From an uncultured virus (IMG/VR IMGVR_UViG_3300000425_000001) (lineage: Duplodnaviria; Heunggongvirae; Uroviricota; Caudoviricetes), in IMG/VR virus record IMGVR_UViG_3300000425_000001: DNA of 64,000 bases; one strand, written 5' to 3'. The position numbers and the translations under genes are program-made. Positions 1-10,363 of the stretch are shown here, piece by piece. Numbering within the stretch: the stretch's first letter is position 1; each line of letters opens with the position of its first letter. Below the pieces are notes generated by a model. It saw nothing but the letters and a program-made list of their open reading frames with translations, had not been told where the DNA came from and did no database searches.

Positions 1-1706
1 TATGCTGCGGCTGTGCCAGCTACTTGACCTTCTGGTAGTTGATCCAGTGCTGCACCTACAAAGTATGATTCAATTGCTGTTTTAATTGCACTATCACCGC
101 CATACATTAGGTCATATGTAACAGCATCAATTAAGAATTCTACATCTCTACGACACTTAGCTCTATCGTATGTATCATCAAATGTATCCCATATGCCGCC
201 TGTTTGTGCTGCAATCCATGCTTCTAGATCATATGCAAACCATTCTTTACCGGCTTGTAATGCATCTTTTACGTTTTCTGCTCTAGCAAAAGGATTGTCT
301 GGATTAGCAAATGATAGTGTAGGAGTTGTGTAGGTTGGATCTAAACTGCCTTCGCCGATAAGATCTATAACTGTATTAAAGTATGCGTCATTAAGACCTT
401 CACCAGCAAAAGCACTGTCTGTTGCATCACGAAGATAACCAATAGCACCTAGTGTTGCATCAAGTTGATTTGAAATAACAAACTTTGAATTTGCTCTTTG
501 ATATGCTAGACCGTTTGTTACAGCGTTATAGTTTGTAACTAGTTCACGGTCATAACCTGCGCCTTCGAGAATTAATACACTGTCTCTGGCACACTTGTCT
601 TCATCAAAACCTGCTCCAGTTTGATATGTGTTTTTAACAAAGTCAACTGTTGCTTTTTGAATTCTTTCTTTTTCAGCTAGAATTAAGGATCTAGCAGTTG
701 TTCTTGCGTCGTCTTGATTTGTAAATGTTGGACCAGTTACAATACCTTGTCCAACTTTAATAGGAGTTGCATCTTTAATTGTGTAAACCGCGTCAGTATC
801 TGAGAACACAGCAGCGTTCTGAATATATGGAATGTTTACAAGATCATTAAAGATCATTGAGTTTCTTGATTGGATTGCACCAGCCGAAGCGCTAAACAAT
901 GCTTCACTATAGCCATCGGAGATAAGACCATAGTTACCAAACGATGTGTTTGAGTTAGTTAGTGAGCAAAAGCCGCCGCTTTCACAAAGAATCGATATGT
1001 CACAGGAGATAGTAAAGATCGAAACAAGCTGTGTGTTACCTCTGTTGAGGTGATGCACACCGATGCCACCCTGGTTATACTGTGTATAAGCGTCAACAAC
1101 CATTGAACGTAGACCAGTAACAACTGATCCATCAACACGCATACCTGTACCTGTTGTAGTGTATGATGTACAGTTTTGTACATATGGAGAACACATAATT
1201 GATCCAGCACTTCCATCCGGGGGGAACGATACCGCAGCACTTGGAGCAATGTAGTTGTTAAAACGCATGTCTTTGAGGAAACAACCGTTGTTAACCCAGA
1301 AAATATCCTTGTCTGGATTTTTAGGTTGTACAAAGGAAGTTCTAAGTGAGTCGCCAACAATAGCAACAAACGCAGGAAGTTTTACAGGATTGTCAACTGT
1401 GTGCTGTCCTGCTTTTACATATAGTGTTGATCCTTCTGGGATATTTTTTAGAGCGTAATCAATAGTAGCAAACGCATCGCCGATTGTTTTACCGTCGTTT
1501 TCATTTGAACCATTCATTGTAACATAGAAAACGTTATCAGCAGCATCTCTTGCGCCAAATTCTCTAATTTGTAATTCACCATCTTGTTCTCTTTTTAAGA
1601 ACATTTTGCCGTCATATGTGTTTACGGCAATTTCACCTAATTCTAACTGTTCTAAGGAAGGTACTTTTTTCGGCTCAGCACTTCTCTTAAGTCTAATTGT
1701 TGACAT
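1..1706 (-). CDS. Large virion structural/fibre protein, truncated by the window edge and missing from the ORF track
   Basis: ATG at 1706 with upstream GGGG SD. Frame reads MSTIRLKRSAEPKKVPSLEQLELGEIAVNTYDGK..FYVTMNGSNENDGKTIGDAFATIDYAL..VAIVGDSLRT and continues to the window edge with KCxRD repeats (FDEDKCARD, YDRAKCRRD) of the kind seen in giant T4-like phage structural proteins. Confidence 0.85.
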   Translation of the reverse strand, partial: MSTIRLKRSAEPKKVPSLEQLELGEIAVNTYDGKMFLKREQDGELQIREFGARDAADNVFYVTMNGSNENDGKTIGDAFATIDYALKNIPEGSTLYVKAGQHTVDNPVKLPAFVAIVGDSLRTSFVQPKNPDKDIFWVNNGCFLKDMRFNNYIAPSAAVSFPPDGSAGSIMCSPYVQNCTSYTTTGTGMRVDGSVVTGLRSMVVDAYTQYNQGGIGVHHLNRGNTQLVSIFTISCDISILCESGGFCSLTNSNTSFGNYGLISDGYSEALFSASAGAIQSRNSMIFNDLVNIPYIQNAAVFSDTDAVYTIKDATPIKVGQGIVTGPTFTNQDDARTTARSLILAEKERIQKATVDFVKNTYQTGAGFDEDKCARDSVLILEGAGYDRELVTNYNAVTNGLAYQRANSKFVISNQLDATLGAIGYLRDATDSAFAGEGLNDAYFNTVIDLIGEGSLDPTYTTPTLSFANPDNPFARAENVKDALQAGKEWFAYDLEAWIAAQTGGIWDTFDDTYDRAKCRRDVEFLIDAVTYDLMYGGDSAIKTAIESYFVGAALDQLPEGQVAGTAAA

Positions 1707-1762
1707 ATTTAGTTCCCCTATGCAGACGTGTATAATTATAGTAGTAGTTTATATACACATTC

Positions 1763-1768
1763 TATTTA
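1763..1768 (-). promoter_or_regulatory. Late promoter motif (GA)TAAATA
   Basis: TAAATA on the minus strand ~55 nt upstream of the 1706 start. Confidence 0.65.
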
Positions 1769-1874
1769 TCAAAGTCTTTTAAATCTATAAAGAAATATGC
1801 TATTTTAATCACATTTCTTCTTATAGTGTATATATGTCTATGAGGCAATATTGTGTATTAAAACAGGTTTTTTA

Positions 1875-3194
1875 CTAAAATGTACCTCCGTCTATATTTC
1901 CATCAATGCTATCAGCATAAACAGATTCTGTAAAGGTAGCACTGCCATTAACAGTTAGATTGCCCTTTTTATTTCCGTTTGTGTCGCCGATAATTACTTC
2001 ACCTTGATTGATTTCAAAATCAACTCCAGGTATTCTTACTTTGTCTATTGCTTCATTACCAATTGTAACTTCATTGTTTACAATAGGAGTTGACGGCTCT
2101 GCATTATTGCCAACAATAATATTATTTTCACCGTCAGTTAGTGTTTGTGCTGCATCATTACCAAACACTGCATTAAAATTTGCATCACTTGTAACATTGC
2201 CAAGACTGTTAAAGCCTAGTGCAATATTTTTCTGTCCTGTTTCTGTTGGATCATTCTTACCATCTGCTAGATCGTTTAACGAGAATAATCTGTCGTCAAT
2301 GGTTATTGTTCCAGAAAAATCTATGTTTCCTAAAATATCTACATTCTGTGTTACATTTAAATTTGAGAGTAGGTTGGCATCGCCGCCGAGGTAAAGTGTT
2401 TTTGCGATGCCAACCCCTCCGTCTACCACAACCGATCCACTGGTTATGCTGGTAGAGTCTAAGACATTGTCAAAATTGCCAATGCCTGTTACGTTTAAAT
2501 CTTCTTCGAGATTTAAATTACTTTGTTGTATGTTTACACTGCCGGTTCCATTGGCTATTAGGTTCATTGAACCGTCTGGATCTGCTTCGGTAACAAATAT
2601 ATTGTTTTCTTCTAAGACAATATTACCAAACTGGGCTCTTTGACCTTTAACGCCAAAGTCGCCTATGTACACTGCTCCGGTAATATATATTACGTTCGAT
2701 CCATTCAATTGTGAAGGCAAGTTACTACCGATAAAATTTAAAATACCTGATTGATAATCAAAGAACCATTCGTCATTATTACCCGAACCAGATGCAAATA
2801 ACTGTGTGCCTGTTGACTGTGGCGCTGACGCACTTGGTGCATCTGCATATACTTTAATTTGATAGGTTGAACCAAATTCAGGAGGTATCCAATTTACTAC
2901 ACTGGTAATCCAAGTTCTATTTGGACTAGCTGTAATATCTTCTAAACACTGCACTGCGGGGGTTCCGTTACTAGTATTATCATCGTCATATACTTCTAAA
3001 AGTGCGTTAGCTGTGGCAGGTTTAACATTGGGTATTAGATCCGAATCTACCCAGATTGTATCACCTCTAATTAAAAGCGGACTTGGAATAGATTCGTTAA
3101 CCGCTGCCTTGATCGAATTAACATCAGTTTTAGAAAAACCGTAACCTATCTTTTTCCATAAAAAGTCTAACTTCTGTGCGTCTTGAATTGCCAT
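1875..3194 (-). CDS. Virion structural/fibre-associated protein, 439 aa
   Basis: G/N/T-rich beta-repeats (GSVVVDGGVGIAK), C-terminal IDGGTF motif, abuts the upstream 1504-aa gene. Confidence 0.7.
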   Translation of the reverse strand: MAIQDAQKLDFLWKKIGYGFSKTDVNSIKAAVNESIPSPLLIRGDTIWVDSDLIPNVKPATANALLEVYDDDNTSNGTPAVQCLEDITASPNRTWITSVVNWIPPEFGSTYQIKVYADAPSASAPQSTGTQLFASGSGNNDEWFFDYQSGILNFIGSNLPSQLNGSNVIYITGAVYIGDFGVKGQRAQFGNIVLEENNIFVTEADPDGSMNLIANGTGSVNIQQSNLNLEEDLNVTGIGNFDNVLDSTSITSGSVVVDGGVGIAKTLYLGGDANLLSNLNVTQNVDILGNIDFSGTITIDDRLFSLNDLADGKNDPTETGQKNIALGFNSLGNVTSDANFNAVFGNDAAQTLTDGENNIIVGNNAEPSTPIVNNEVTIGNEAIDKVRIPGVDFEINQGEVIIGDTNGNKKGNLTVNGSATFTESVYADSIDGNIDGGTF

Positions 3195-6100
3195 TTATGC
3201 TTCCCCTATACTTAAACTAGAAATAATTTGCCCTGCTTCTAGTTTAATTCTTACCATACATACATTGTTTGTTGCGTTACTTAAATTTTCTGCGCCCAGT
3301 GTCATATCAAAGCTACCTGAAATAGTTTGATTAAGCGGTATAGCATCAGCACCTGTGATAGCTACTCCATTAGTGCCGTTACCACCAGACGTGTCAATAG
3401 CTCCTGGTATGCCTGAGCCGTTATATTGTATACTACAATCAAGCCACCCATTTAAACTACTTGCTGCATCAATAGCTGTGCCAGGTGCTGCAATCCAGAT
3501 GCCTGCAATTCCCTTAGTAGGTGCTCCGCTATCTGTAGCTATATTAATTGAAAAATTAGCCACAACTTGTCTTCTAAATGCAAATGTAAACCATTGCTGT
3601 CCTGTATCGTTTGATCTGTTTGGTCCTACTGGTAAGAATCCGGTGCTATAGTCTACAACATTGTGCATAATTTTACCTATGCGCAGTGTCGACTCTTGTG
3701 TACCTTCTACACCTGGATCCGAAGACTCGGTGTAACGATTATCAGTATAATAGTTTGTTCCAGTGCTTGCAAAGGGAGGATTATCTTGTGCACCTTGCGA
3801 TGCAAAGTTAAATATTCTTACACCGTCGTCGGTATATACTCCATTGCCTAAACTGTTAGAAACATCAATTGCAACTTCGCTAATTCCGTACTGTGCTGAT
3901 TTATGAAAATTAATATGTGTTTCAGATCTTGTTGCAGCAATAGAAAGTCCATTTACGTTATAAATGTCATATTTTATTGTATCAACAGTTCTATAGTTTG
4001 CTGTAGTTAGATTAACTTCAATATCAGCTAGAGGCTGTTGTGCTATAGGATTAAATCCAACATTTGCATTAGGAATATTAGAAGCATTTATTAAAGGATT
4101 AGCTGAGTCATTAATATCAACGTATGAATAAGTTTGTGTAGGAACTACTGATTGACTAGTGCCTTCGAAGTTAGCCGCAGAATAAACTCTTAATACACTA
4201 CTTGTATTTCTATATGTTTGTCCTGTAAGTTTAGAAACTTCAATGTCTGTAAGTATAACAGTAGGGTTACCTGTACTATAGTACGGAATTCCAGATATAT
4301 ATCTAAATGTACCATTTGTTCCTGCAACAACTGTGCCACCGTGTAATTCAGGAACATCGGTTAAATCATCTTTAACAAATTCAATTTCATTAGTTTCAAA
4401 AGTTCCTGCATTAGCCTGATGTTGTATTTTAAAACTGTTTAGACCTATGCTAGTGTCTGCTGATGCTTTGACCAATTTAGCTTTATATCCATGAAATGCA
4501 GTAGGATAAAAGATACTTTGATCAAACGATGTGCTTGTTCCGTTGGCTCTTAATAGATTATAATCCGATTCACTTGTAATTTGTATAGTGTCTTGTCTGC
4601 CCACTGTGGTGTTTAGAATTGATTGTACATTTTTTGAACCGTCTAATACTCCATTAAATACTGCACTAACTTGTGGAGTAAGCAATGCATAATCACTTTC
4701 TTGTCCTGCGTCTGCATATGTAAAGCTAGAAATAATTGTTGATTCAATATCTCCTGATGTTTTTGTAGTTCTGTTTACATTCTGTCCTGCTATTGTTACT
4801 TGATTGGGTGTAAGAACAGTTGCGCCTGCGCAAAGACGAGGCGATGTTCCTGTTGATCCGTTTGTTCCTGTGCCAGCAAATGATATTGATTTAGTATCTA
4901 TTCTATCCGGATCTAAAGGATCATTTTCGTATACTTTTAAACTTTTTGTAATACTTACTCCTGCTGAAATAACGTTAGGGTCAGCAGTACTATGTGCAGT
5001 AAGTGTAAGCGTAACAGATGTATTACCCGTACCAGTTTGAGATCCGTCTGGATAAGAATGTGCCAATCGAGGTGCGTCGGCTCCTACTGGATTTCCTGCA
5101 CCGTCTATTACTTCTTTTCCGCCGCCGCCTGCTAGCGGATCTCCGTTAACAAGTATAGTTACACCATCGACGTCAAGTGTACCAACTAGATCATTAGTTG
5201 TTCCATCTCCCCAATCAATTTCGTAAGTTGCTTCATTTGGAAATAATCCTGCTGTGTTTGTAGTAAAGTTTTCTAAATATATAGACGATCCTTCGATTAC
5301 AAATAAACTATTGCCGGATAGTGCAGTTCCTGTGCCTACTGGTAGAGTATTAAATAACTCATAGTCTGCTACGGGGTCGGGAGTATACACTGTAATAAAA
5401 TCAGTTTTTACTTCCTCGGCATCAGTGCCTGCACTACCCGGACTTTGGGCGTCTGTATTGCGAACTACTACCTTCACTGAGAACAAACCCCCTAATGGTG
5501 CGTCGTATGTAAATGAAACTGAAGAAGGATTAGCACCTGTACGCACATAATCATGTGCATCAGATGGTCTATTATATCCTGGGATTTGTGATTCTAGTTC
5601 TGCAAACCTTCTACCTACATCCCAGTCTACTTCTACACGGTTCCATGTACCGTCGACGTCTAAATTTAATGTCACTACCTGTCCACTGCCTAGTGCAGAT
5701 GGAACAGCAGCGTAATCAACACTTCGTATAAATGTGTTGTTTCTAATATTGTTCATTGCTTCGTTTAGCATGTCTACTGCTTCTGCAAGATCGATATCTG
5801 AAGCAATCTTGTCTAGTTTATCTTCAATACGAAGATCGTTGTTTGTTTCAAAATTTTCTTGGCTAATAGTTGCGCTCCTTACAAATGCTCCGTCATCAAA
5901 TGTACTGTCGTTGGGATTACCCAGTTCGATGTTATCACCTGTGTTAAAAGCAAGATTCTCAAAGAAGAATCTAACCATACTGCCTTCAGTGATCAGTCTT
6001 GCATCAGCGCCAGCAGTTGGAACTTCCGCCGATGGATTATCTAAAAATGTTAGAGAATCATTATTAATCTGATTTACAGTGTATCCGTTTAGTGTAAACT

Positions 6101-7709
6101 GTCTAGTGTATATGTCTTTCCAGTATTTTCCCGGATCGCCGATAGTAGTACCATCTGATGCATATCCCAGTCCTGGTAGCGGAGCAGGTGATCCAGGATC
6201 TAATGTTCCATTTGAATTGATATCAGGAACAATATTTGTGTTAACGTCTGCATTAAATGTAATGTTGTCTGTATTAGCATCACCTAAAACAAGATCACCA
6301 TCAGCAGTAATTGATCCTGTTGCATGAATGTTTCCTAGTACTTCTAGATCACTATAAAAATTTATTATTCCAGAACTTGCAGTAAAATTAAGATCATTAA
6401 CAGTGGATGTAATATCATTACCGTCAATATTGACGTTGTCTATTTGTGCATCAACACCATTAATTCTCAAAGTACTATTCAGTGTAGGCACAGTAATTGA
6501 GTCTTCTACACGCATATTAGGACGTACAACTACGTCATTTTCAAAAGCATCAATGAGTAGATCACTGCCTGATTCTTCATTTCTAATTCTATTTTCATCA
6601 ATTCTAATATCGTTGATAATTAGTCTATCTGCATCTACAGAATCAACAACATTTAAGTTATCATAAACAAATATTGTTTTGCTTGGATCTACTGTATTGA
6701 GATTGTTTGTAATAACTTCGTGTGACTCAACTGTATTAGCAACTGTTAGATCATGATCAATATAAAAATAACCAAATGTGTTTACACTGCCGTGTAAGTT
6801 GATTGTGTTTACTGTCGAATCGCCTAGGTTGTTTACACGTAGATTTAAGTTTCCTGTGTATGCTTCAATAGAAGCTTCGGTATCAGCATTAAGTTCTAGC
6901 TCTCGATCAATAATTACCTTAGCATCAGCACCGTCTACTTTTAGATCACGCAGAATAGTCACTTCACTTTGCATGATAATTTGAGGATCTTCAGCTGCTG
7001 CTGATGAAGGATCACCAGCTTTTAGAATAAAATCTTGATCTTGTACATTTACTTCTATAATATTATCGTGTATAAAGACATCATCAATCTGCATTTGCTC
7101 TGAAGTAACCAAGCCATCGTTTGCTCCGTCAATTTCAAAAACAGTTTTACCATCTAGATCTACAACTTTAAATGTTCTGCTGTTGGGTATAACAATTTCA
7201 GAGGCGTCTAAAACAATTTCTTCACCTTCAAATGGCTGTATTATAAGGGGTGCTGCATCTGTTGTTAAGAACTGATCTCCTGACGAGTCTTCAAACATAT
7301 TCATGCCAGCTATTTCAGCAGTATTAGTAATTATTGTGCCGTTGGTTGCAGTAATATCGTTTTCAACAACAAGACTATTTGTTATGTTTACATTACCGTC
7401 AAGCGTAATAAAGTCAGCAGTAGATCCAGCTAATATATTAATATTACCTGCTGTGCTTCTAATTGTATTTGTATTCAGTAGTAAGTCGCCTACATCAATT
7501 TCTAATGTTTCAATGCTGTTACTTACATGTGCATTTCCCGTTACGTCTAAAGTGTACGCTGGAGTTTCGTTATTAAGACCTAGTCTATTATTATTAACAT
7601 CAAAGTATGTTAATGCAACATCGTCAACAGTGTTGCCTAGTTTAATATCAAATCCGTCTCTATACAGAGCAGCCTTCAAGACTTGACCAGATATACGCCC
7701 TACAGCCAT
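3195..7709 (-). CDS. Large virion structural protein, 1504 aa, with PKD/Ig-like segments
   Basis: N-terminal MAVGRISG, beta-rich repeats, PKD-like YEIDWGDG motif. Confidence 0.75.
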   Translation of the reverse strand: MAVGRISGQVLKAALYRDGFDIKLGNTVDDVALTYFDVNNNRLGLNNETPAYTLDVTGNAHVSNSIETLEIDVGDLLLNTNTIRSTAGNINILAGSTADFITLDGNVNITNSLVVENDITATNGTIITNTAEIAGMNMFEDSSGDQFLTTDAAPLIIQPFEGEEIVLDASEIVIPNSRTFKVVDLDGKTVFEIDGANDGLVTSEQMQIDDVFIHDNIIEVNVQDQDFILKAGDPSSAAAEDPQIIMQSEVTILRDLKVDGADAKVIIDRELELNADTEASIEAYTGNLNLRVNNLGDSTVNTINLHGSVNTFGYFYIDHDLTVANTVESHEVITNNLNTVDPSKTIFVYDNLNVVDSVDADRLIINDIRIDENRIRNEESGSDLLIDAFENDVVVRPNMRVEDSITVPTLNSTLRINGVDAQIDNVNIDGNDITSTVNDLNFTASSGIINFYSDLEVLGNIHATGSITADGDLVLGDANTDNITFNADVNTNIVPDINSNGTLDPGSPAPLPGLGYASDGTTIGDPGKYWKDIYTRQFTLNGYTVNQINNDSLTFLDNPSAEVPTAGADARLITEGSMVRFFFENLAFNTGDNIELGNPNDSTFDDGAFVRSATISQENFETNNDLRIEDKLDKIASDIDLAEAVDMLNEAMNNIRNNTFIRSVDYAAVPSALGSGQVVTLNLDVDGTWNRVEVDWDVGRRFAELESQIPGYNRPSDAHDYVRTGANPSSVSFTYDAPLGGLFSVKVVVRNTDAQSPGSAGTDAEEVKTDFITVYTPDPVADYELFNTLPVGTGTALSGNSLFVIEGSSIYLENFTTNTAGLFPNEATYEIDWGDGTTNDLVGTLDVDGVTILVNGDPLAGGGGKEVIDGAGNPVGADAPRLAHSYPDGSQTGTGNTSVTLTLTAHSTADPNVISAGVSITKSLKVYENDPLDPDRIDTKSISFAGTGTNGSTGTSPRLCAGATVLTPNQVTIAGQNVNRTTKTSGDIESTIISSFTYADAGQESDYALLTPQVSAVFNGVLDGSKNVQSILNTTVGRQDTIQITSESDYNLLRANGTSTSFDQSIFYPTAFHGYKAKLVKASADTSIGLNSFKIQHQANAGTFETNEIEFVKDDLTDVPELHGGTVVAGTNGTFRYISGIPYYSTGNPTVILTDIEVSKLTGQTYRNTSSVLRVYSAANFEGTSQSVVPTQTYSYVDINDSANPLINASNIPNANVGFNPIAQQPLADIEVNLTTANYRTVDTIKYDIYNVNGLSIAATRSETHINFHKSAQYGISEVAIDVSNSLGNGVYTDDGVRIFNFASQGAQDNPPFASTGTNYYTDNRYTESSDPGVEGTQESTLRIGKIMHNVVDYSTGFLPVGPNRSNDTGQQWFTFAFRRQVVANFSINIATDSGAPTKGIAGIWIAAPGTAIDAASSLNGWLDCSIQYNGSGIPGAIDTSGGNGTNGVAITGADAIPLNQTISGSFDMTLGAENLSNATNNVCMVRIKLEAGQIISSLSIGEA

Positions 7710-7833
7710 AACTTCTTCCCCCGGGGATCACACGTCCCTCCAACCAAATTCTCATCCCGAAGGCTCTTTGCCGGTTGACCACAGTATGTCCTGAAGATAA
7801 GCCCTCATAGCTGCCCTTCATTAATATTATTTA
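7710..7833 (-). promoter_or_regulatory. Late promoter TAAATA (7828-7833) plus GC-rich structured 5' leader
   Basis: Stems TGAAG/CTTCA, TCAACCGG/TTGGTTGG with an internal CC-TTCG-GG, and GGGA/TCCC next to the SD. Confidence 0.6.
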
Positions 7834-7855
7834 TCGTATTTTAAAAAAAGTTAAG

Positions 7856-8536
7856 TTATTTGTTAAAGTTGTGCAGTACAGTAATAGGTTTTCCTAGAGG
7901 TACATGCGAAGTAAATTCTAGATAATAACCTGTTTCTCGTGCAGTGCCCGATCCTACTGCTGATTCTGTTGCAGTAAACACAGTACCAACAGTGTTAACA
8001 TCTGCACCTACTAGAGTAAAGTCAGTAGTTGCACCACCTTCACCGTCATCAAGTGATGTAATAATATAATCAGTGCCGCCTACTATTGCAGTTGCAGCAA
8101 CTTCTGCACCTGTTTGGTGTGATGACGGATTTTGTACTAGGTTATAATTAGTTGTTGATATTTGAAAAACGTTTTCAATTAATACAATCATTGCTTGAGC
8201 ACTATCAGGTGCAGCATAATCGTTATCTTGATTGTCTAGTGGTCCGAAAATTGTTTCTGTACCACTAGCGCCATTTAGGGTTTGCTGTACAATTGCTCTT
8301 GGTTCTTTATAACGAACCTTTCTCCATTGACTGTCTTGATAAAATTCAAATTCTTCAACGTCAGTGTTGTATCTCATGTGTCCATTTTCAGGAAATTGTG
8401 GACGACTTTCAGTATTTCCTTTTGGAATTAACATACTATTCTGTGTGTCCATTACGACTTCACCGCGTCCAGTATAGATTATACCTTTGCCGTTTGCATT
8501 TTTTTCATTTGATGTCTGACGTTTTACGTATCTCAT
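7856..8536 (-). CDS. Hypothetical virion protein, 226 aa
   Basis: IPKGNTESRP..GHMRYNTDVEEFEFY motif typical of T4-like fibre/structural proteins; start overlaps the upstream stop. Confidence 0.7.
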   Translation of the reverse strand: MRYVKRQTSNEKNANGKGIIYTGRGEVVMDTQNSMLIPKGNTESRPQFPENGHMRYNTDVEEFEFYQDSQWRKVRYKEPRAIVQQTLNGASGTETIFGPLDNQDNDYAAPDSAQAMIVLIENVFQISTTNYNLVQNPSSHQTGAEVAATAIVGGTDYIITSLDDGEGGATTDFTLVGADVNTVGTVFTATESAVGSGTARETGYYLEFTSHVPLGKPITVLHNFNK

Positions 8537-8874
8537 TATAGCTCCAAGAAACTTACAGTTGCAGAAAGATTAGTTGGGGAGTCACAGTTTAAAATAATTC
8601 TGTCACCCTCTTCGATAATGATTTTTTCAGTATCAAACGTAAACGTTTCACCTGCTGCCATTGGCATATTGCCTAGCACTTTATTTATTGCACCGATTGC
8701 ACTGCCCTGTTTTACAAAATGCATATCAAAAACTGTTGCATCTGCTGTTTCGTCTTCAGGATCTGGTGTAGCAGTATTACATACCATTATAACTGTAACG
8801 GCATATCTTGCTTCTGCTGGTACTTCTAATAGTACTGTATCTGTTTGTAGTATTAATACACTTTGTATTGCCAT
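8536..8874 (-). CDS. Hypothetical virion protein, 112 aa
   Basis: ORF with AAGG SD in the structural operon, beta-rich. Confidence 0.7.
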   Translation of the reverse strand: MAIQSVLILQTDTVLLEVPAEARYAVTVIMVCNTATPDPEDETADATVFDMHFVKQGSAIGAINKVLGNMPMAAGETFTFDTEKIIIEEGDRIILNCDSPTNLSATVSFLEL

Positions 8875-8885
8875 TTTTTTTACCT

Positions 8886-9857
8886 TTAAAATATAATTCC
8901 GTATAGAATAGATTTACTTCTACTAACAAGTTCATCAGTAACACCGTCTTGGTTTGCAAAGAAAATACCTGTACCACCAATTTGTTGCGGTCCTGCAAAT
9001 ACCTTTACACCGTTTGTAGGGTTGTCCGGAGTACTAAGAGGATTTGGATTAGCTGTAATCGATAACACATGATTTACTCTTACCGTTGTCGTTGCAGCAT
9101 GTGTTAACACTAAATCTTCGCCGCTGTTAGCTGCTTTAATTTGATTACCTTCAAACTCTACACGTTGTATTTCTACTGTATCTTCTAGGAACGTTGTTGT
9201 TAGTGTTCCGTCTATTCTTACTTCTACACGACTAGCAGTACCGCTAGTTTCTTGGTCTAGAGATTCAACTGAAGTTTCTGTACTAGTGCCGCTAAAAATT
9301 TTACTTAGGCCAACTGTACCTAGTACAGCATCGTCAACGTATTTCTTGTTAGGAATATCATCATCGTCTAAAAGATTTAGTTCATAGTCTGTAGTACCTG
9401 CAACACTAATTCTGCCAGTGCCTGCACCGATTAGATTTAGAGTCTCGCCTGCGGTTGCAATTGCATTTACTTTAATGCCGACTAACTCTCCGTCAGTATT
9501 AGTAAATGTAAATCCACCGTATTCAGTTGTTAATGCTTCAATAGGATTTTCATCATCACCGGGATCGGTCCAAGGTATTGATTCGTCAAATAGTATTCTT
9601 GCATTAGGTAATGTACCTCTGTCAATTTCAAGGCCAGCTGTACCCGACGAACGTGATATTCCTGTGCCTACTTCGCCTTTGTTGATTATAATTAAATTGT
9701 CTTCAACTTCTAGATCAGTTGTTTGTAAACTAAAGTTTTCGCCTTCGACTTGTAAGTTACCATCAAGAGTAGCTGTGCCGTCAGCACCTAATGTTAGACT
9801 GCCGCCAGCTGTCTTAATTGTAAAGTCCCCATCGGGTATATCAAAAAACTTACTCAT
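8886..9857 (-). CDS. Virion structural/fibre protein, 323 aa
   Basis: LEVEDNLIIINKGE..AGLEIDRG and DDIPNKKYVD fibre-type motifs; GAGG SD. Confidence 0.75.
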   Translation of the reverse strand: MSKFFDIPDGDFTIKTAGGSLTLGADGTATLDGNLQVEGENFSLQTTDLEVEDNLIIINKGEVGTGISRSSGTAGLEIDRGTLPNARILFDESIPWTDPGDDENPIEALTTEYGGFTFTNTDGELVGIKVNAIATAGETLNLIGAGTGRISVAGTTDYELNLLDDDDIPNKKYVDDAVLGTVGLSKIFSGTSTETSVESLDQETSGTASRVEVRIDGTLTTTFLEDTVEIQRVEFEGNQIKAANSGEDLVLTHAATTTVRVNHVLSITANPNPLSTPDNPTNGVKVFAGPQQIGGTGIFFANQDGVTDELVSRSKSILYGIIF

Positions 9858-9876
9858 GTTTTGCCTCTATAAAGTA

Positions 9877-9900
9877 AGTAGGGGAAACTAATCCCCTACT
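9877..9900 (-). terminator. Intergenic hairpin AGTAGGGGA-N6-TCCCCTACT (weak terminator or stabiliser)
   Basis: Perfect 9-bp inverted repeat after the stop at 9914; poor U-tail on the minus strand. Confidence 0.5.
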
Positions 9901-9913
9901 ATATTTTTTATTT

Positions 9914-10363
9914 TTAGTCTACTGGATCGTCTGACTCAAAGTCGTCTGCATCCGGTGCTAAATCATCGTTGTCAAGTGTAGCATCAACACCTGCTTCTTC
10001 CATTTCAACTGCACCGTCGTCGTCAGCATCACTGAAGTTCCATGGTAGTGATTCACCTGTGTCAACTGTTACTTTACGAGCTGTAATTTTCACAACCTGT
10101 TTTAATGCACCTGCATCATCTTTAACAGTCATAGTCATTTCACCTGCTGACAATGCTGCCGGTGTGTCAGTATCTGCTGCTGACACATCTACTAGGAAAC
10201 AATCTTTGATTGCTGTGCCGTCTGTACAACGGAATTTTTTCGATCCCAGTTGTTTTACAATCCAGCCATTGACTGATCCTGTTCCGTTGTGGAATTGTAC
10301 TTTAATTTCATTACCTTCAGCAGTTGGTGTGCCGAAAAATCTTTTATTTAGTGGACGTCCCAT
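9914..10363 (-). CDS. Hypothetical late protein (MGRPLNKRFFG...), 149 aa; start revised from the ORF-track 10432
   Basis: AAGGAG SD directly upstream of the ATG at 10363; acidic C-terminal tail. Confidence 0.75.
   Translation of the reverse strand: MGRPLNKRFFGTPTAEGNEIKVQFHNGTGSVNGWIVKQLGSKKFRCTDGTAIKDCFLVDVSAADTDTPAALSAGEMTMTVKDDAGALKQVVKITARKVTVDTGESLPWNFSDADDDGAVEMEEAGVDATLDNDDLAPDADDFESDDPVD

Noticed and set aside
959..1458. 136-aa and 67-aa ORFs in the track
   Set aside because: They lie off-frame or antisense within the real minus-strand gene 1-1706
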